A DNA stretch of 62,749 nt, the filler included, from a bacterium (GTDB taxonomy: Bacteria > JALSQH01), in NCBI GenBank assembly GCA_026985515.1. It is 7 parts of 7 records of this genome, joined end to end, with 100 filler letters (N's around TTAATTAATTAA, not from the genome) between each part and the next. Parts side by side here need not be neighbours in the genome. Positions count along the whole stretch, not along the records: positions 55,268 to 60,439 come from JALSQH010000020.1; positions 60,540 to 62,749 come from JALSQH010000044.1; 5 more parts are not named here. One strand, written 5' to 3'. Shown here piece after piece: positions 56,950 through 62,749 of this stretch. The translations under genes were made by a program, and so were the position numbers. Position 1 is the first letter of the stretch. Every line of letters starts with the position of its first letter. A model generated the notes under the pieces. That model made no database searches. It was given only the letters and a program-made list of their open reading frames with translations, and was not told the origin of the DNA.

Positions 56950-57607
56950 TGTATTCATTCTGGGCATCTAAATATTTTTTATAGGCTAAAAGGGCTTCTT
57001 TTTCTGCTTCCTTCCATTTGAGTTCTCTTTCTGCTACCTCTATCTCAAATTCTTTGAGCTTAATTTTTTTGTCAGCCTCGTCAAGTTTGGTATCATATTT
57101 CAGTGCTACTTTTGCCTTGGCAAGTTCGACCACTGCTTCGCCCCAGGCAACTTTTTTCTCTAAAGCTTCAATTTTCTTTTTAAGATAATCTCTTTTCAAT
57201 TCAGTGACTTCAACCTTTTTCTTTGCAATAGTCACTTTTTTCTCCGATTCCATGAGCCTTTTGCCCTTTTCCACAATTTCACCTGATACGCCGCTCTGCT
57301 TTGCCAGTTCAAATTCTGCTTTTGCCTTTTTATACATATTCTCTGCTATACCTAACTCCGACTCTGCAATTTCTATCTCATTCTTAGTTTTTTCAAACTC
57401 TCTTTTTGTTTTCTCCAGTTCAAGCCTGATTTTTGCAAGCTGATCGAGAGCCCTGATTATTTCTTCTCTGTCTTCAGGAGGCACACGGCTCAGCTGGATT
57501 TCTGTAATGGAAGGAGTGGTCTTTTGGAAAAGGGAGCATCCTGATGCGTAGGTAAACAGCAACAGTAAAAGAAATGTGAATACAGAACTATGCTCTCTTT
57601 TTATCAT
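56927..57607 (-). CDS. Coiled-coil lipoprotein
   Basis: Lipobox ASGC followed by E/K/A-rich heptads. Confidence 0.72.
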   Translation of the reverse strand: MIKREHSSVFTFLLLLLFTYASGCSLFQKTTPSITEIQLSRVPPEDREEIIRALDQLAKIRLELEKTKREFEKTKNEIEIAESELGIAENMYKKAKAEFELAKQSGVSGEIVEKGKRLMESEKKVTIAKKKVEVTELKRDYLKKKIEALEKKVAWGEAVVELAKAKVALKYDTKLDEADKKIKLKEFEIEVAERELKWKEAEKEALLAYKKYLDAQNEYNGLLENK

Positions 57608-57802
57608 AGTAAAATGTTATCACAACGAAAATTTTAAGTCAAATAGTGCCTTATTTTCAGGGGGTATTCTAAGATATTGAGCTAATATCAAATGCTTGTT
57701 GCTATGGCAATTAAAATTGACTGGACAAGTAGAAATAGATTTTCTAATATTGTTTTAAGGGTGGAGGAGTATAATTTTATCTGCTATAACAGGAGGTTCA
57801 GG

Positions 57803-60439
57803 ATGAAGAAATTTGTTTCACTTTTTCTTTTGATTCTGCTGGCATCCTGCAGTACAACATCAAGAAAAAATGAAAAGGTTTTCACCTTTCCAGGTCTTTC
57901 CCATCCAGTCAGGGTGTATTATGATCACTATATGATCCCTCACATTTATGGAGAGAATATCTACGATGTTGTGAAGGTTCAGGGGTATATTTCTGCAAGG
58001 GAGAGATTATTCATTATGGATGTTTTCCGGAGAATGGCTATGGGTCGGCTTTCCGAATTGCTGGGGGATTTTGCGGGGATTACTCCTTCTCTTGATGCCT
58101 TCATTAGAGCAATATTCACTGCCCCTGATGGTGAGAAGGTCTATGATTTGTTACTGAAGCAGATGGAGAATAGCTCTGATCCTGATGATGAAATGACATT
58201 AAAATTTTTCAGAAGCTTTGTTGAGGGAATAAATCTTTATCTAAGGCGTCTGAAAAATGGAGAAAATTTATATTTCCCTCCCGAATACAAACTTTTTGAA
58301 ATAAAACCATCTGATATACCATACTGGGAGGTGAGGGATATTCTTGCTGTGGCGAGATTGTTCACTTTTACTCTTTCTGAGACCTTTGACTCAGAGTTTG
58401 AAAATACCATCTGGTACACTTCACTGAAGGATCGCGACCCTGAATTTTTAATGGCTCTCCTTGATCCAAGACCCGTTGATAGAAGTGTCACACTTCCCTT
58501 TTTCCTTCAAAATCACTGGAGTTTGGCTCCCGGGAGTTATTTCCCAACATTTTATAATTTCTTATCTGAGAATAAGAAATATCCACAGGTAAGTCCAGAT
58601 AGACTTCTCCCGATTTTCAATTTGCTTAAAGATCTCAGGGAAATGTTCTTCAGGTCATTGAAGGATTGGGGAAGCAACAATTTTGTGGTTTCCGGTGAAA
58701 AGAGTAAAACCGGATATGCTTATCTTGCAAATGACCCTCATCTGCAACTTATGACACCACCTATCTTTTACGAATTTCATCTTATGTGGAATGGAAAAGA
58801 GGGAAAAGGAAATGTTGCAGGAGTTACCTTTTCAGGTACTCCCGGTGTAATTGTAGGGCACAATGAGAAAATAGCCTGGGGAGTAACGGTGGTGGGGTAT
58901 GATGTCTCAGATATTTACGCTGAAGAAATAACGGAGTCATCAGGTAAATTGTTTTCATGTGATGATCTAAACAGAAATCATGTGTGTGAAAAGAATGAGT
59001 ATGTGGTGCCAGTGAGTATTTTTACTGACCGGATAAAAATAAGGAATTACCCGGAAGAGGGTTTTACCGAGGAAAAAATATCCATTCCCTATATTGCCAG
59101 ACATGGTCCGGTGATTTTTCTTGACAACATTCCTTCTGCGGTGGGTCTATTTATTTCCATTCCTTCGGGTGGAGCTGGTAGTTTAAAGGCAGTATCACTG
59201 AAGTGGACGGGAATGCAACCCTCCAACGAAGCCAAGGCTTTTTTCCTCCTTGATAGAGCCGAGAATTTCGAGGATTTCAAAAGGGCTGTGGATAATTTTG
59301 AAGTGGGAGCACAGAATTTTGTTTATGCTGATGTTGATGGTCATATAGGCTATTACCCCCATGCCTATGTTCCCATCAGACCCAGAGGATGCATACCATG
59401 GATGATAATGGATGGGACAGGCTGGTGTGAGTGGAAGGGACGTATTCCAGATGATCAGCTTCCACAGGTAACAACTCCCGAAGATATAAGCCTTTACGAA
59501 GAGAGGGGATTCATCTGCACCGCCAATAATGATCAGATAGGAGAAACCACCGGATGGAATGCTTTTTCTTTTGCGAAATATGTTAGCAGTCCCTGTACTT
59601 ATCCCTACAGATACTATCTTTACTATCAGGATGATATTGGCTTCAGAGAGGGAAGAATCACGCAGCTTCTGGAAGAGGGGCTGAAAAATAATTTGATAGA
59701 TTTCGATTATGTTAAGAGAGTTCAGAGTGATAATTTCAGCCTTTTTGGAAAATATTTTCTCTCTCACCTGCTAAAGTATGTTGAAAATGATGAAGCAAAA
59801 AGAAAGATAGATTCTCTCGATCCCCGCGTATCTGCTCAACTGAAACAGGCATTATATTACCTGAAGAACTGGCATTTTACCACCCCTACCGCGACTTCTG
59901 ATCCCTTTGGTGTGAGGCAGTTCAGCGATGATCAAATCAGAGAAAGTGTGGTAGCCACTCTTTTTCATGTCTGGGTGAAGAGATTTATTAAGGATACAAT
60001 CAGTGATGAATGTAATTTTTACAACATCCCATGTCCAGGGAATGAAAAGGGAGCACAGGTGGTTTACTATCTACTCACAGCTACATCTGTAACAGATTCT
60101 CCCACATATGATCCGTCTCTGGGTTACAGCAGGGTTTTTGATGATCTTTACACAACCGGTGTAACTGAGGATATCACCGATATTGCCATCAGATCCCTGA
60201 TTGAGACGTTAAGCTTTTTGAAATCAAAGTTCTCAACTACCGATCTGGAGTACTACAGATGGGGTGCACTGCATCAGGCAATTTTTCTAAATCCATTTAT
60301 TTTCAAAACGAGAGGACCATATCCAAATGATGGAGGAGATTTTACCGTGGATGTTGGGGATACACCTGCGGGCGGTGAGAATTTCCTCCAGACCCATGGA
60401 CCTGCCATGAGATTTGTGGTGGAGTTGAAGAAGGGAAGG
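57803..60439 (+). CDS. Penicillin acylase family Ntn hydrolase, lipoprotein (3' partial)
   Basis: SD AGGAGG, lipobox LASC, IPHIY, GRLSEL, GSNNF (beta1 Ser), ANDPHL, QNFVYAD, TANN. Confidence 0.9.
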
Positions 60440-60539
60440 NNNNNNNNNNNNNNNNNNNNNNNNNNNNNNNNNNNNNNNNNNNNTTAATTAATTAANNNNN
60501 NNNNNNNNNNNNNNNNNNNNNNNNNNNNNNNNNNNNNNN
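60440..60539. other. Artificial contig spacer
   Basis: N44-TTAATTAATTAA-N44. Confidence 0.98.
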
Positions 60540-60541
60540 CC

Positions 60542-60676
60542 CTTGCAAAGAAAATGGTAATCAAAAGCAAAGGGATGTTCAGATATACTCTCGATGGAGA
60601 TCTGTTTGAGGCAGAGGATGAACTCACTGCTGAAATTGGACCACAGATTAAATTTGCCGTACCTGAGAAAAAATGA
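60542..60676 (+). CDS. C-terminal fragment, probably diacylglycerol/sphingosine kinase family (not in ORF track)
   Basis: LAKKMVIKSKGMFRYTLDGDLFEAEDELTAEIGPQIKFAVPEKK*; xDG(D/E) motif; ATGA overlap with rtcB. Confidence 0.5.
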   Translation, partial: LAKKMVIKSKGMFRYTLDGDLFEAEDELTAEIGPQIKFAVPEKK

Positions 60677-62115
60677 AAAGCTTTCAGTACAGGAGAATTG
60701 ACCCATACAGGATTCTGATCCCCCGCCAGGGAAAAATGAGAACAGATGCTGTGATTTTTGTAAATGGAAATCTGTGGAATCAGATAAAAAATGATGAAAG
60801 CGTCATTCAAATAATGAATGTTGCCACACTTCCTGGAATAGTGGGTAAAGCACTCGCAATGCCGGATATTCATTCAGGGTATGGCTTCCCAATAGGTGGC
60901 GTAGCAGCATTTGATATTGATGAGGGAATAATATCTCCGGGGGGAGTTGGTTACGACATAAATTGTGGAGTTAGATTAATCTACACTTTCTTTCAAAAGG
61001 ATGAGATCAAAACAAAAATTGATAAAATCATCACCGCTATTTTTAATTCTGTTCCCTCCGGCGTTGGTTCAAGAAGCAATCTGAGAATCACAAAAAAAGA
61101 ATTCAAAAAGATTATCAAAGAGGGGGCAAGGTACGCTGTTGCAATGGGACTGGGGGAAGAAGAGGATCTCCAGTACATTGAAGAAAATGGTGAAATGAAA
61201 GGAGCTGATCAGGAAACCATATCATCACGAGCCTACGAAAGGGGAATCGAACAGCTTGGCACCCTCGGCTCAGGCAATCATTTTATCGAAATTGATTATG
61301 TGGAGAGAATCTATGATGAAAAGGTGGCAGAGGTATTTGGACTCTTCACAGAACAGATCGTTATTTTAATCCATACAGGTTCAAGGGGATTTGGCCACCA
61401 AATAGCTGATGACTATATAAAAATGATGAGAAAGAGTATCAGCAAATATGGAATAACTCTCCCTGATCAACAACTTGTGTGCGCTCCCTTCAAATCTGTT
61501 GAGGGCCAGGATTACTGGTTAGCAATGAAGGGAGCCGTGAACTTTGCATTTGCCAACAGAGAAATAATAACTCACAGAGTAAGAGAAGCTTTTTTATCGG
61601 TCCTGAGAACATCCCCCCGTGATGCAGGATTGAAACTTCTCTACGATGTTGCTCACAATATTGCAAAACTGGAAAAACTGCCTGTAAATGGTGAAGAAAA
61701 AGAAGTGATTGTCCATAGAAAGGGGGCTACCAAAGCCTATCCTCCAGGTCACCCTCTTATTCCGGAAAAGTACAGAGAGGTTGGTCAACCTGTTTTAATA
61801 CCGGGGGATATGGGCAGGTACAGTTATGTTCTTTCTGGAACCCAAACTGCCTACAACACAACATTTGGAAGCACCTGTCATGGAGCAGGAAGGGTTCTCA
61901 GCAGGCATCAGGCAAGAAAAGTGGCAGCGGGAAGAAACATCTTCGATGAAATGGAGAACAAAGATATTATTGTTCTTGCTGAATCCAGGAAGACAGTGGT
62001 TGAAGAAATCTCAGAGGCGTATAAAGATGTTTCAGAAGTTGTAAAAGTGGTGGAGGGAGCAGGAATTTCCAGGATTGTGGCAAGATTAAAACCCCTGGCT
62101 GTGATAAAAGGATAA
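60673..62115 (+). CDS. rtcB: RNA-splicing/repair ligase RtcB (long form)
   Basis: MPDIHSGYGFPIGG, GYDINCG, GSGNHF, HTGSRG, HN, HRKGAT, HGAGR. Confidence 0.96.
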   Translation: MKSFQYRRIDPYRILIPRQGKMRTDAVIFVNGNLWNQIKNDESVIQIMNVATLPGIVGKALAMPDIHSGYGFPIGGVAAFDIDEGIISPGGVGYDINCGVRLIYTFFQKDEIKTKIDKIITAIFNSVPSGVGSRSNLRITKKEFKKIIKEGARYAVAMGLGEEEDLQYIEENGEMKGADQETISSRAYERGIEQLGTLGSGNHFIEIDYVERIYDEKVAEVFGLFTEQIVILIHTGSRGFGHQIADDYIKMMRKSISKYGITLPDQQLVCAPFKSVEGQDYWLAMKGAVNFAFANREIITHRVREAFLSVLRTSPRDAGLKLLYDVAHNIAKLEKLPVNGEEKEVIVHRKGATKAYPPGHPLIPEKYREVGQPVLIPGDMGRYSYVLSGTQTAYNTTFGSTCHGAGRVLSRHQARKVAAGRNIFDEMENKDIIVLAESRKTVVEEISEAYKDVSEVVKVVEGAGISRIVARLKPLAVIKG

Positions 62116-62117
62116 GA

Positions 62118-62749
62118 TCAAAAATAACCTTCTATCCACTGGAAAAATTCCATAAAGGCCCGGCCTGTCAGAGAAACCACGATACTGTATTTAGGTGGAA
62201 TTTCTTCATTTTTTGCAATCCTGCTCTCTTCAACCTCTTCGAAGGCTCTATCAAATTCTACATCCTTAACAACTATTTTGACCCTGTGTCTTGCTACAAT
62301 CTTACCTTTATCATTGAGCAAATAGAAAAAAACCTTCAAGATGGTAACACGATTCTTTCTGTCAAACTTGTACAATTTGAGTTTTGGAAAGAGAAATAAA
62401 CTCTTCTTCCTGCCGATATCCCTTGCAATCCTGGTCAAATGATCAAAGTTGTAATTGAAAAGATCTATGCCCTCCTTTTTTAACTTCCAGTAAAAAATTT
62501 TCCCCCTTCTTATTTTCAGGGGAAATTTTTTGAAAAATTCCCTGTTCTGATCCCTTTCAATTACCCATTTCAAAGAGGCTGAAGAAATCTTCCCGATGTT
62601 CTTAATAAGATATTGATCCCAGATCCCGGGCCCGGTAAAGAAAGGAAAAACATAGAGATACTTATTTTCCCTGACACTATCAGGGATAATAAAATCTACA
62701 CCATCAGCCTTAATTTCGGAAACCAAAAAAAGCAAGATAAGAGCTATCC
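62118..62749 (-). CDS. Hypothetical secreted protein (5' partial)
   Basis: Frame open to window end, with a signal-peptide-like IALILLFLVSEIKA. Confidence 0.55.
   Translation of the reverse strand, partial: IALILLFLVSEIKADGVDFIIPDSVRENKYLYVFPFFTGPGIWDQYLIKNIGKISSASLKWVIERDQNREFFKKFPLKIRRGKIFYWKLKKEGIDLFNYNFDHLTRIARDIGRKKSLFLFPKLKLYKFDRKNRVTILKVFFYLLNDKGKIVARHRVKIVVKDVEFDRAFEEVEESRIAKNEEIPPKYSIVVSLTGRAFMEFFQWIEGYF

Noticed and set aside
57692-57802. N-terminal extension of the acylase ORF
   Set aside because: SD AGGAGG and a lipoprotein signal support ATG 57803
5436-60539. Six identical TTAATTAATTAA repeats flanked by N runs
   Set aside because: Artificial six-frame-stop contig linkers, not biological repeats; ORFs running into X are truncated
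60540-60676. Archease upstream of rtcB
   Set aside because: No archease-type KAxTYH motif in the open frame; it looks like a DAG-kinase-family C-terminus

Overview
The window is not one locus. It is seven contig fragments (1-5435, 5536-10855, 10956-30561, 30662-49881, 49982-55167, 55268-60439, 60540-62749) joined by artificial 100-nt N44-TTAATTAATTAA-N44 spacers, so gene order is only meaningful within a fragment. The organism is an AT-rich diderm bacterium that uses AGA/AGG Arg codons heavily and carries many myxobacterial-type gene families; it is probably a deltaproteobacterial or Myxococcota-related MAG (inference). Content includes ftsK-lolA-mrfAB, glpK with a GH5 endoglycoceramidase-like gene, gltX, an S8/FG-GAP protease with a MYXO-CTERM-like tail, housekeeping genes, an initiator tRNA, a Tat-exported molybdoenzyme operon, lutABC, hppA, a penicillin-acylase-family lipoprotein and rtcB. 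The most notable system (30662-45215) is a Glt/Agl-like envelope machine (gltD-gltE-gltF-aglR-gltG, with no ExbD/TolR gene in the cluster) directly followed by a beta-barrel/short-OPX/Wzc polysaccharide export operon, whose barrel gene appears to start at ATT. Other features read directly from the DNA are a probably leaderless tRNA-fMet with an A1:G72 mismatch, several probably leaderless mRNAs, and a perfect sigma54 promoter with an upstream palindrome. No CRISPR array, rRNA or mobile element was seen. All family assignments come from motif recognition, not database searches.
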